From Octopus sinensis (lineage: Eukaryota), in contig NC_043016.1 in NCBI RefSeq assembly GCF_006345805.1, forward strand, positions 24,614,001 to 24,678,000: a stretch of 64,000 nucleotides of DNA, given 5' to 3'. The translations under genes and the position numbers were made by a program. The notes beneath the pieces are model-generated. The model was not told where the DNA came from, ran no database searches, and saw only the letters and a program-made list of their open reading frames with translations. Shown here piece after piece: positions 12,282-24,611 of the stretch; the stretch's first letter is position 1; each line of letters opens with the position of its first letter.

Positions 12282-12511
12282 CACCAACTGATCGTGGCCG
12301 ATGCCAGACCCCTCTGGCACCTGTGCAGGTGGCACGTAAAAAGCACCCACTACACTTGCGGAGTGGTTGGCGTTAGGAAGGGCATCCAGTTGTAGAAACA
12401 CTGCCAGATCAGACTGGAGCCTGGGGCAGCCCCTGGCTCCCCAGACCCCGGTCGAACCGTCCAACCCGTGCTAGCGCGGAAAACGGACGTTAAACGATGA
12501 TGATGATGATG
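12282..12511 (+). mobile_element. Octopus-type SINE, 3' part with (ATG)n tail
   Basis: gagtggttggcgttaggaagggcatccag ... ggacgttaaacgatgatgatg; further copies at 34178-34779 (-), about 37040-37235 (-), about 37690-37875 (+) and about 42200-42372 (+). Confidence 0.8.
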
Positions 12512-15061
12512 ATATTGAAAGGTAGCTGGGTCAGTTGTCAACTTCATTTGACATTACCGTACTTGATTTTCACCGTTTTAGCCTATTTGGAATTGACAAA
12601 CTAACGCTTATAAAAATTAATAACTTACGGATTTACCATGGCAAGTGAGAAAAAAAATCCGACATTTCGGACATTTTTCTTTCCTCAAAACTGAAAAAAT
12701 GTAGAGGCTGTTACCGTAGTGGAATAAAAGAAGTTTACTTCTGATGGCATCGCCCTCGTGACACTGAATTTTCTTTTAGCTTTGCAGACTTTTATTTTAT
12801 TCATCGAACTCAAAAGTAAAGTTGATGTCGATGGGATTTGAACCCAGAGAACCGGAACGAATAATGCATGGCATTCTTTTCAACGTTCCAACGATTCTGT
12901 TACCAAATTGCCGCCTAAGGCGAATGAATATAGCAAAAGTAGGTGCGGTGAGAAAGATAAGAGTTTGTAGCAGAAACCAGAACGGCTGAAATGGGAGAGA
13001 TATGGTGAGGACAGGCTACCATCTATTTCCTTACATTCCGGATTTTACACTGCTTCTTTCAACGAAGGAGAGCTGCAGATTGCCGGATCAATTGGATAAG
13101 AGGGAGTGAAAAAGGACAAAAAGAGAAGAAATCTCATGAAAAAGTCTTGGAGAAAGCGCAAAAGAAAAATGAAACATCCTAACATCGATGTATACTGTAA
13201 CCATGACCACGGCACTTCAGAGGTAAATGTGGTGTGGTTCGCGGGAAGATTATTATTGCTAGAAGATGAGCGACCTCGAAGAGAAGTAGTTAGACGTGGT
13301 TTATCGGCTACTTTTAGCAAATATCCATACCCTGTAAGTTGGACATACGATTTTAGGATACTGTGAGGGGTCTTGACTGTTATTTCTAACAGGTTGTGTA
13401 ACCTTATAAGGATTCTTTATTAACTTACACACATACAAGAGGGAGATATTGCTCTCATATTTATTCAAGGGAAAATTGATTGCTGATTGGTGCGTACATA
13501 CGTAAAATTAATAAGGGGTGGTTTGAGAAGATTCGGAAGAGGTTTGGTTGCTACTGTAAAAGACTCTGATTGGCCTATGTATTCATAAGATAATCAGTAG
13601 TCATTTGAGGGAAATTTGATTGCTTTTTTTTCTACCAATTCCAACGACTATGTAGAGCATCCCTCGTCAACTCCCAAGGCTTTTTGACCCCAGCGGTTTG
13701 TGGAACTCAGTCCTGTCATTTCAAAGATGTCGCCAGACCTACTAGAAACAGTTGACAGAACCTCTCTCAAATAACATTCTACCGCCTTAAGAAAAAAAAA
13801 AAAACATTGCATAAAGTTGTACAAGATAAACTGTCTGGAAAGACAGGGTAGTCGTAGCTATAATGTTTTGGAACATAGAGAGGCTTTACAAGTTTTGACT
13901 CGAAACTAAACAACAACGAAAAGAACGGCCACCAACATTATTTGAGACCACTTCGCAAAGCAATGCACTGGAACCCTTGCATATGCAACTACAGTATACA
14001 CCGATAACCAATGAAGGCTTATATATCCCGCCCTACTCCCAGTGTGCCCGTGTCTTAATAGCGTTTATTCGTGGGTCAACACGATACGACTTGCTAGATC
14101 TTACCACCGGCTATAGTTACATCTTCTGGAAGAGACTTATTCTTAAATATTGCATCATTAGTTTTGGCTACCTTCTTCTACCTCACAGTTCTTACTGAGT
14201 GTCATTGATAACCAATAACGTCCTAATGAGTCAGTGGTGAATGGCAAAAGATTAAAAAAATGTCTCGAGTAAAAATATCACGTCATTTAAATATTACGCT
14301 CTACTCATTAACTGACGTTACATAACGTGTACACGATTGCAGATACAGCTTTTAATAATGATGGCATTACACTAATTCACACACGCAAAGACAAATTACG
14401 TTGTATTCAACATGTTATAAACAGAACAATGGAACAACAGAAAAATGTATTAAATCAGTTATTTTATTGAACTTTTTTGTCTTATTTTTTCTTCACACTT
14501 TTCCTATCACTTTTTGTGTTTCCTAAAACCACTAAGTAGGCACTATAGAAATAGCAGCCAAATACCACTCAAATCATATATTAGCATCTTTAAAAAAGAA
14601 GTGGATATATCTTTCTGTATTTGCTGCACAATTCTCTTAATCTCCCCCACCTTTGACTTAAACATAAAGAAAAAAAAAGAAAAAAAAGGTAACCATTCTT
14701 AAACCGAAACATGTCATAGTTTCGTTAAACAATTACGAAAGAATCGTATTTTTTATTAACAAAGAGCACGTGAAAAGACCAACAAAAATGTGGGCGTATT
14801 TGCGAGAAAAAATATAATTATTAACGGCGGAGGTAAAGAATGTGTACACCACCCATTTTCGGCGTGTGTGTATATAGGGGGGGGGTCTACAAAAAGTTTT
14901 TGGGATTTGTATGTTTTCGATAGAGGAGAATACGTTTTGCCCAAAAATCACGTTTTCAAAATTTTTATTTCCTCCATCCCCAATTTCTTAATTTTTAATC
15001 TCTTTTCAAATTTTCTTTATAATCCACGTAGAAAAATACAGAGATTACGAATCTGGGAAAT

Positions 15062-15413
15062 TTTCTCTTTTATTTGTTTCAGTCATTTGACTGCGGCCAT
15101 GCTGGAGCACCGCCTTTATAGTCGAGCAAATCGACCCCAGAGCTTATTCCTTGTAAGCCTAGTATTTATTCTATCGGTCTCTTTTGCCGAACCGCTAAGT
15201 TACGGGGACGTAAACACACCAGCATCGGTTGTCAAGCGATGTTGGGGGACAAACATATACACACACACATATACATTCATACAAACTTCCAGTTTCCGTC
15301 TACCAAATCCACTCACAAGGCTTTGGTCGGTCCGAGAAGACACTTGCCCAAGGTGCCACGCAGTGGGGCTGAATGTGGTTGATAAGCAAGCTACTTACCA
15401 CACAGCCACTCCT
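15062..15413 (-). mobile_element. tRNA-derived SINE
   Basis: Minus-strand head aggagtggctgtgtggtaagtagcttgctt, body ..gtaacttagcggttcggcaaaagagaccgatagaata.., tail aaatgactgaaacaaataaaag. Other copies at about 4525-4680, 24486-24600, 30981-31326, 37285-37640 and 42070-42195. Confidence 0.85.
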
Positions 15414-15514
15414 TTGAAGGGTATTTATATAAAATTTCATTTAAAAACAATAGAAATATCATTATTTCTAATTCTCTCTAAAGGAGACTACGGCAGCGGT
15501 ACTGGATAGTAATA

Positions 15515-15779
15515 GTTATCGCCAAGCTAACTTGGCAGTCCATAAAAATAGGACGAATGCTGCCTTTGATTAGCTCCAAGAGGTCATCGCCTCTAGCTAA
15601 CTATGTGACACACAAACCTGTGTCTATTACAAACTTCGAACAGGGGAGGTCAGCAGCTTCCTCTTGCTGGCATTCACAGACTAGTTTCAAGGTGGTTGCC
15701 TCTTATCAATGTCAATGTCATTGATAAAAGGCAACATTCGTCCTATTTTTCTGGACTGCCATGTTAGCTTGGCGATAAC
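15515..15779. mobile_element. MITE with about 50-bp TIRs and TA flanks
   Basis: gttatcgccaagctaacttggcagtccataaaaataggacgaatgctgccttt ... aaaggcaacattcgtcctatttttctggactgccatgttagcttggcgataac, flanked by TA. Confidence 0.8.
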
Positions 15780-16822
15780 TATAAATATACATTAAAAAAA
15801 TCCCATTTTCCTAAAAGTTATGAGAGAAAAACATAGGATCTTGTGAATTTTCCAGAGACCTCACCCCACTCCACCGTTGCTTTCCCGGAATTTTTGTTTT
15901 TATATTCGTTCCTTATACCTTTTTTTACACCCGTTGCACTATTTTTTTTTCGATTTCGTTTCCGGGTAATAATGTCAACATTAACCAATTTCTTTTTTAA
16001 CTTTTAATTTTTCTTTAAGAAACACTCAATGTCCCTTTCACCCACACACATCCCTCAACCAGCCATTACCTCCTCGCTTTCAAAAAAAAATTAAAATTCA
16101 GCATGTTTCACTTTCGATTGATGTTTCACGCATGCATAGAATTCTACTGAAATATCAAACCACCACCAGAAATTCCGACATGGTTGAAGCAACAGCTCAG
16201 TGACATTATTTCGGGAAAAAACTTCCCCGCTTTCAAAAGAGCTAAAAGTAAAGCATTCGGAGTTTTTAGCTTTTTTAATGTGTGTGTGTGTGTGGGGGGG
16301 GGGTGATGGAGATTGGGGAAGAGGATTTAAGCGTTCTTTTAGAAAAAGCTTTTAAAAAAAATTCTTAAAGATTCGTAATCTCTATTTTTCTACGTGGATT
16401 AAAAAAGAAAATTTTGAAAAACGTTGAAAATTAAAATTTAGGTTCGGGAGGGTTAAGGTTATTAACATTTTGAAAACGTGTCTTTTGGGCAAAATCCTAA
16501 TTGCCTATGTCGAAAACACAAACCCGAGGAAATTTTAGGGAAAAATAAGGTGAGTGAGATAAAATTTCGAAAACGTGATTTTGGAGCAAAATCATATTCT
16601 CCTATAGGAGAAAAACTCAGCATGTTTCACTTTCGATTGATGTTTCACGCATGCATAGAATTCTCCTTTAGGAGAATATAATAATAATATAATAATAATG
16701 AAATTATTGTATACAGTGCTCAGGTGCACCACAACTTGTCAGAAAGTGCATATAAAGTACATGCAGTAATGTAGAAATGTCTGGAAAGTGAACATGCTTG
16801 TGTGTGTATGGAGGGGAGAAAA

Positions 16823-19642
16823 TCAAGTGTAGTGTTGGCGAATCTCAGGAAGCATGGAAGTCTTGAAGGATGCAGTGCTCCGACAACTAACAACCGATGC
16901 CGGCAGTTTGTTCCACGCTTCAGCAACTCTCAGCGTGAAAAAATGTTTCCTGAAGTCATGGGAGCTGTGCTGTTTTCTTACTTTGTAAATATGTCCACGG
17001 GTGTTAGATGGGTGGAGTTTGAAGAGGTGCTCAGAGTTATTGTTTGTGCGATGGTTGATAATTTTATGGGTGTCTGCCAAGTCAGCTGCCAGACGTCGGA
17101 GTTTCAATGTGTCCATGCCCAGGGAAGTAAGGCGTTCAGGATATGGCAAATGCCTGATGGAGGGTATTCTTTTGGTTGCACGTCGCTGAACAGCTTCCAG
17201 GCGATTGATGTCCTGGGCAAGATAGAGGTTCCAGACCGGTGATGCAAATTCCAGGTGAGGTCTTACCATAGCTATATAAAGCCGCAGATAGATAGCCGGA
17301 TTTGGTGAGTGATGCCAAGACACCCTCAGCCTTCTTGACAATTTTAGCGATGTGTTTTGTCCAACGCAAATCACTGTCGACAATAACACCCAGGTCACGT
17401 TCACTTGAAGACTTTTTGAGACTAGTGTTGTGGAGGGAGTAGGTGGATGCTGGGTTTCTCCTCCCAAAATGCATGGTGGTACATTTGTCCACAGCCAGCT
17501 TGAGTTGCCAGTCCATGATCCACTGCTGCATTGTGTCCAGGTCTGCTTGCAATAGAGATCCATAGTGTATAGGATTTGACCTCTTTATTTCGAGGTACAG
17601 CTTGATGCCATCTGCATATTTCAGCACTGTGGCATTCTTTAAGTTGGCATCTATGTCATTAACATATGCAACAAATAAAAGGGGGCCAAGAACAGATCCC
17701 TGCGGCACACCAGATGTCATCTCATAGGGCGAAGAGTGCTGTCCTAGAACTGACAACCTCTTTTCGGCCGAAAATAAAGGACTTTAACCAGTTATAGAGT
17801 TCGTCTCTTACACCCAACGCAGAAAGCTTCACCATAAGTCTTTTGTGTGGCACAGAGTTAAAAGCCTTAGCAAAGTCCAGGTAAACAACATCCACCCAGG
17901 ATCCGCGATCAGTGATTTGGGTAACGTCCTCAAGAAACTCGATGAGTTGATTACAGCAGCTGGAGTTAGGAATAAATCCGAATTGTGACGGCTGGATGAG
18001 GCTGTGAGACTTCCAGAAGTTCCAGAGGGTTTCTCTGATACAGGATTCCATCAGTTTGGCGATGCAGCTGGTAAGACTGACGGGGCGATAGTTGACAGGC
18101 GATGTGCGGTCGCCTTTTTTGAACAGAGGGATGACACTGGCAGTTTTCCACTGTTCTGGAGTAACACCATTGTCAAGACAGAATTGGAAGAATAGAGAAA
18201 GTTGGCTTAGAAGAAAGTACCCACCGCGTTTGAGAAGTAGGTATGTAACACCATCGAGACCAGGAGAGGCATAATTGCGTTTATCTTTAGGTGGCGTTGC
18301 AGCATTGCTGGTGTAAGTTGCATAGAAGATATAGAGTCCGATGTCAGTGGTGATGATGATGGAACATTTTGGTCTTCGACAGTAAAGATGCCGGCATAGC
18401 ATCCAGCAATGATTTCTGCACATTCTTCGGGATTGCCAGTAATCTGTCCTGTGTGGGAATTGCGAAGGGGACCAACAGGAGAGTGGGGTCTCTGCTTTGA
18501 GTGCACATACTTCCAGAACCCTTTGCTGTCAGGGTTAGCTGCAATGCGTTGTTCAAATTCAAGCACTGCCTTTTTTGTCACCTGCTTGAGGTGGTTGGCT
18601 GACCTATTGCGCTTTTTCCTGTTGCTCTCTGATTTGTGCAATTTGTATTCCCGTTCAGCATTACGGCGTTCTTTCCTGGCAAGTCGGACTGCTGCAGTCT
18701 CCCAAATTGCACTATTGGGTGGTTTTTTGTGCTTGCGTGGTACTGATGCTGCACATGCTGCCCATATTGAATTCAGAATGTTCTGGAGTATAGTGTCCAC
18801 ATCTCCAGAGGCATAAAATTCGCGCCAGTTTGGGCGTTGCAGCTCAGTACAATAAGAGCTCCAGTTTGCTTTATTCCAGTCAAAGCGGGCAATCTGAAGA
18901 TGGTTGTGTTTTTTGTTACAACCAATCAGAGACAAGTCGGCCATGATCATGGAATGATCAGAGTCACCCAAAGGTTCTTCGGTAGCGACACTAATGATTG
19001 TTTCAGGAGAAGCGGTAAGTAGCAGATCCAAAGTGTTGTTACCCCTTGTGGGGGAGGTAACAACTTGGGACCAATTCGAATTCAGCACCAGTTCAAGGAA
19101 ATCGTCTGCACTTTGCGGCCAACGGAAGGCCTCCCAGTCAATCTCAGGGAAATTGCAGTCCCCCGCAACATACACATATCTGGCTGTTTTCATGGCAGCC
19201 GCCCTGAGGATATCAAAAAGCTGTGCGTCTTGGCGATAATTTGGAGGACGGTAAACGACTCCGAGCAGAAGTGTTGACATGGTCATGTGTACATTGCAGA
19301 AAAATACCTCCTGCTGAGATTGGTTCAAATCATCACAGGGGATTGCCGATAGACTTGATCGAACATAAATCATCACACCCCCTCCACGGCGATTAATGCG
19401 GTCTTTGCGGAACAGGTTATAGCCGGCTATGCTGAAAACTCCATCACAGAGTGCAGAGTGTGCCCACGTTTCCGTGACTGTGATGAAATCTGGGTTGATA
19501 CTTTTGACGTAGGAGACAAAAAGATGCACCTTTGTTACATAAACTACGGGCATTCAAGGACAGCAGTTTATATCTGGATTTCAGATGATGATATACAGGG
19601 GATGGCTGATTGTTCTTGGTTAGTTTCCCAAGATTTTTGCAT
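16823..19642 (-). pseudogene. LINE ORF2 endonuclease-reverse transcriptase, disrupted
   Basis: Assembled from ORF-track pieces 18207-19553, 17722-18423, 17136-17756 and 16823-17563. ATG at 19642; frameshifts near 19531, 18285, 17755 and 17300; catalytic YADD reads YADG. Confidence 0.9.
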
Positions 19643-20173
19643 TGCCAGTTGTTGTTGTGGGTGTAGTCTGCTCAGTCCAACTGGCATCCCTTATCCACGA
19701 CTCACCAGACTTGACGAATTTCCAGATCTGCCCATCATCGCGGAGGCTAAAACTCTCCCGTGGCACAGAGTTGCGATTTAGGGAAGCCACGGATCTTATC
19801 TTTGGGCGTACATCGGGTGGTAGGCCAGGACGTGTTCTAAAGTTGATAATGTTGTCACGCCGAGCTCTGTCAGCAGCCAGATGGAATGTCCGCGCCTCAG
19901 TAGAGCCCGTAAACAACAGCCTGATCAGCCTGGGTTTGGATCTCGGTCGGCCAAGGCGGGAAGCACTTTTTGGAGGGACACAGCTGAGATCCCTAGCTGT
20001 GTTTCCAATGAATGCCTGCAGATCTGCCACATCTTCCGGCACTCCGATGGCTATTAATTCATGAGTGGCCGGTTCAGCAACTCCCTCGATGCGTTGAGGT
20101 TCTGTACGAGCTACAGGTAAGTTGCTGAGCAGGGCACTCCTATATGACCCTTCGCTGCGAGTTTTAATTTTGC
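19620..20173 (-). pseudogene. LINE ORF1, C-terminal portion
   Basis: Open frame with IGVPE..RLGR..KPRLIRL motifs typical of CR1/L2-group ORF1; stop at 19620-19622, overlapping the ORF2 start. Confidence 0.75.
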
Positions 20174-20798
20174 TCGAAAACATAGAAATCCGAAAAAGGT
20201 TATGAATAAAAAAAAAGAACACCGAAAATGAGTGGTGTACACATCCTTTACTTCTGCCGGCTGAAAGGAAAAAGCCTCAAGGGAATGTCCCGGAAACTAA
20301 ACAGAAACACACATACACACAAAATAACTTTCACAAGGGAAAGGTTGAGCAACCGGAAACGTCAGTTATTGTCAATCTTGTAAAAGTTAATATGCATTCT
20401 ACTAAAATGTATTAAGTGATCCTTTATTTAATGTTAAAATTGTTATATATAACTTCACATAAATACAAAATATGTATGATCAACTGGGATTATCCAGGAT
20501 GTTTAAAAAGCTGCGGGCAACTAACAGGGAAGATAACTCAGATAAGATGATAGCTTTATCTCCACTTGTCTCCCTTAAATAGAGATGAACTACGGTAGGA
20601 TCTTCGTTAGTTGTTTCATGTTCTTACTTGAAGTAAGCAACATGTTGGAAAACTAAAAAATCTAAAGGCAACACTCAAGGAAGATAACTTCAGTAAGGTC
20701 GAAATTTTAGGACAAAATTCCAAGAAGATTATCTTATTCTAAAATTTTTTTCCTTCAACATCACTACACTCTCACTGCTTCTGTATGTTTATATTATA

Positions 20799-21313
20799 CT
20801 AGCAGCATAGCCCGGCATTGCCCGGGTATGTAAGAGCCCCTGGAGCAGACATGATGCTTGCTGTGAATTTTTAAAAAATTCCTGCCAATTTGTGAAAGAT
20901 ATTGTCGAAAATATGTCATCTTGAATTTGAACACGATTTCCCAAAATGGCATGATTTTATCGATTTTTTCTCATGGTAAGGTATTGCATGGAAAACTAAT
21001 GTCAGAATTAAGTTTCTTAGGGTAACATTAAGCTTCACCATGAGTTTGGTGAAAATCGATTGCAAGTTGCGAAAACTACAACAGAAAATGTGTTGCAAAT
21101 AAAAAGCTTAGATTCTCGTCCCCATGTCGAATTTATCGATTTTTTTCAGAACTGGGGAGACTTTTCAAAATTTTCGCTGCGTTAGTTTTGAATTATGACA
21201 TTGGGCTATGTGTGTGTCAAGTTTCATCAGAATCGGTTGAAAGCCGTGGTTAGGGTGAGGGTACAACCTGACAGACACACAGACAGACAAACTGCCGTTT
21301 ATATAGAGAGAGA
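20799..21313 (-). mobile_element. Non-autonomous Helitron-like element
   Basis: Minus strand starts A|TC.. followed by a (TCTG)n stretch and ends in a GC hairpin (cccgggcaatgccggg) then CTAG|T; no target duplication. Confidence 0.75.
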
Positions 21314-22104
21314 TTTTTAAGTATAGGGGCAAGAACAACCTGATTGATAATAGATTGAACCTAGGAGTATCATGAAGGCATAGCGTCACCCGAATATTTA
21401 AATATTTTCGAAACTAACAATTATAGTTACCATAGTTGAACTTTCATGGTAGAAATTAATTTTGGTGTCGTATCCATTGTAAACTTACCCTCCAGTATTA
21501 AATACAAAAAATTCATGCAATATTATGTTATATGGTGAATTATATTGCATTACATATATTATATGTTGTGTATTGTGGAATGTGATGTGCTATATATAAT
21601 ACTATCCTATGATAACCCCTGCCTAGTTCGTCTGACTTCATCCCACTTTGGTGATTACACTATTTTCCTTTCTATAAGATTCTACCCTACTGATCATATT
21701 ATGTATATTTGTTGTGACTTCATGTAAGTAAGTCTCCTTTTGACTAAATCATATACCCACTAGAAACTATAAAATCATATACACAATAACACCTGTAACA
21801 TTACAACTTATAAAATCTCTTTTGTTTGAATACCTTTATAACTGCCCTAATTACCTCTTTTCGAGTTAGCTTTATCTTTTCCCCATCTCTAATTTTAATC
21901 CCCTATCACTTTATATGTTGTTTATATGTATTTCTTATTATCTATATGTATAAAACTGAGAATGTTTGTCTGTATGTGTGCATCACTAAAACTCGAGAAC
22001 TGCTCGACCGATTTTCCTCAAATTTTACACATGCTTTACTTAGGGTCCATACAGTGTTATGGGCTAATTTTCATGTTGTTTGGGTAATGCTGGCAGTATA
22101 TTCT

Positions 22105-23278
22105 CCATCTCGTGCAAATGATGTACCACTTACGCCAGCACTGGAGGGAGTAGAGTTTCAAGGCTTTAAGGCAGTCCCAGTAATTGAGATCAGTCATGCC
22201 CTTAATTCATTTAGTGAATGCCCACTGGGGTGATTCAATTTTCGAGATGTTTTGTTTTGTATGGGCAACAGTATTCAAGGTGGGCCGTACAAAGGAGGAG
22301 AAAAGCGGAATGATGACACCTTGTTCTCTGAACCAGAAGGTTGTTAAGATCCAGGGGCTCATCCTACGAGCTATATCGTCCTTATTGTTGATGTGGACAT
22401 TCCAACTGAAATTGTTATCAACAATTACTCTTAGGTGTCTAATATTATTAGATGCTGTAAGCGGTTCCCCTGAAGGAAGAGAATATGGCTGTTTTAGTAT
22501 AGTCTTTCTTCCAAAATGCATCAGCTCAAATTTTTCCTTCGTTTAGTTGCATTTTGTTTTTGTCTGCCCATTGACTCACCGCATATAGATCAGACTGGAA
22601 TTGAGTTTGGTCTTCTTCTTCATTGATGATTTTCTGGAGATTAGTGTCATTGGCAAATATTTTCACTTTGCAGTGTTTTACGACACTGGAAAGGTCATTT
22701 ATATAGATTATAAAGAGGAGCGGGGCCCAAGACAGTCCCCCAAGGGACACCGCTAGTGACATTTGCTGGGCTTGAGTGGACTCTATTGACCACAACATGT
22801 TGTATTCTATTTGCCAGGAAATACTCAATCCAATGTAGAAGTTTTCCACAGATTCCAACATTTGCCAATTTTGAGAGTAAGATATTATGGTCAACCCTGT
22901 CGAACGCTTACTGAAGTCAAGATATATGACGTCAGAGTTTGAACCTGTTCCCAAGGCTTTGAGTACATCTTCAATGTGGTGTAAGAGCTGTGTTAGACAG
23001 TCCCTGCCACAGCGAAAGCCATGCTGATTTGCATTTAGGAGTTTGTGGGTCTCCAGGAAGTCAGCTATCCTTGATCTTAACACTCTTTCAAACACTTTAA
23101 TGATGTGGGAGGTGAGTGAGATTGGGCGATAGTTGATGGCGAGGGATCTGTTTCCTTGTTTGAAAACTGGGATGACAGACTGGGATAGGAGTTATTTCGG
23201 TATATAACCTGAGTCTAAACAATTTCTCCAGAGGGACTGCAAGTTGGTGTCTACATTCCTTCAGGAGACTAGCGGGAT
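22105..23278 (-). mobile_element. Older CR1-like LINE RT remnant
   Basis: Fragments QHGFR..CLTQLL, DVIYLDFSK, PLLFIIYINDL, KIFANDT, MHFGRK, with several frameshifts. Confidence 0.85.
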
Positions 23279-23290
23279 GAATATATATAC

Positions 23291-23363
23291 ATGTTGTTGT
23301 TGGTGGTGGTGGTGGTGGTAGTGTTGCTGTTGTTATTGTTGTTGTTGTTGTTGCTGCTGCTGC

Positions 23364-23394
<31 letters not shown>

Positions 23395-23497
23395 GCTGAT
23401 GCTGCTGTTGTTGTTGTTGTTATTGAAGTCACTGCCTTGAATCAAACTCGGGGTTAGTAGCCCACGCTCTTAACCACTACACCATATGCCCATGGGC
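23291..23497 (-). repeat. tRNA-like SINE head (23425-23497) followed by a compound triplet microsatellite
   Basis: Minus strand gcatatggtgtagtggttaagagcgtgggctactaacccgagtttgattc (A-box-like and B-box-like), then (CAA)n/(CAG)n/(CAC)n. Confidence 0.65.
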
Positions 23498-24611
23498 TTA
23501 AATATAGAACTTCCTTTTTAATGTTTATAATTGATATATACACACTTTTTATCTATTCTGGTTACAATATCATTTTTGAAATTCTTAAATTTTATTTTTA
23601 CACATCATAACAATATCGTTTATAAACAATCACCCATAGTGCCCCTAAATAAAATTTCCTCTGTATTAACATCTTAGGTTTCTTAGTGTCTTGCCCCTTT
23701 AACTGATAATTAACATCATGATTTAAAGTCTACACCTGCCCTGCCTCTTTTTATAGACAGTTACTTATATCCAACTGACTACTTCTAATGTCTCATTTCC
23801 TCCCTGGGGAAAAGGGACACACATGATAATATTTATGACCATACCTAGCCATGACCTGTAAACACACTCTTATCCTTTATTCAAAATAGACACAGTCTTT
23901 TAGTCTTAGATTTAGTATTGGTAATGAGATAAATGAATTAGAAATGAATTACAATCCTATGATCCCACTATGCTCCATGCAATTATTAGAAGTTGTAGTC
24001 TATTCTTAGCTACAATAGTAACAACATGAATTTCTTCCATCTTCTTGCTGTGTTAAAATATTTAAGAAAAATTATATTAATGTCTCCTACTTGTTAAACT
24101 TCCATTTATTTATTTGTGCAGCTGAAGATAGCACTGCATTTAAATTGATGTAATGATTGCATTGTTCAATTAAATGGAGCTGCTTGAGACATGAGAATCA
24201 AAATGTCCGGGCAGGAACCCCAACCACCTCTTACAACTTGAGTCATATGTCACAAAACGTATAAAACACAGACAATATATGAACTTAAAAGACATATGTT
24301 CAGAATCAGATTCCAAAAGGCAAAGATATAGAAGAAATCTAAATAATATCTATCAGTCAGTAACTGGTCTTAAATGTCATTTAAGGGCTCATCAATGGAG
24401 GGATGTTGTGTGAAGTGTGTGTGTTAATGGGATGGCTATCATCCGTCAAGATGAAGTAATCATCATATATATTTATATATATCTAGGCGTTGGTGTGGCT
24501 GTGTGGTAAGAAGCTTGCTTCCCAACCTCATGGTTCTTGCATGACACCTTAAGCAAGCCTTAGGTTGACCAAAGCGTTGTAAAACTGAAAGAAGCTTATT
24601 GTAGATATATA

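Larger units (their letters stand above)
16680..20173 (-). mobile_element. CR1-clade LINE: 5'-truncated in ORF1, ORF2 complete but frameshifted
   Basis: APE endonuclease (LNARSL, VTETW, GGGVM, GDCNFP, LDLLLT, SDH) and RT (NYRPVSLT, YLDFAKAF, GVPQGSVLGP, YADG), CR1-type C-terminus (TRGH..RKHFFTLRVAEAWNKLP) and (ATT)n tail at about 16680-16700. Confidence 0.93.
14825..20260. mobile_element. Long inverted-repeat (foldback-like) element hosting nested SINE, MITE and LINE insertions
   Basis: 14825-15055 is the imperfect reverse complement of 16369-16606 plus 20174-20259; the right arm is split by the LINE. Confidence 0.65.

Noticed and set aside
14790-15509. 239-aa ORF on the + strand
   Set aside because: Runs across an inverted-repeat arm and an antisense SINE; no domain or splice support.
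16802-20064. Multiple + strand ORFs of 60-146 aa
   Set aside because: Antisense shadows of the GC-richer LINE coding sequence.
20174-20222. N-terminus of the 200-aa ORF as the true ORF1 start
   Set aside because: This part is host inverted-repeat sequence; the LINE is truncated at about 20173.
23097-23432. Thr/Ala/Pro-rich ORF resembling a mucin
   Set aside because: Translation of a triplet microsatellite fused to a LINE remnant.
23425-23497. tRNA gene
   Set aside because: Only A-box-like and B-box-like remnants with no full cloverleaf; it is a SINE head.
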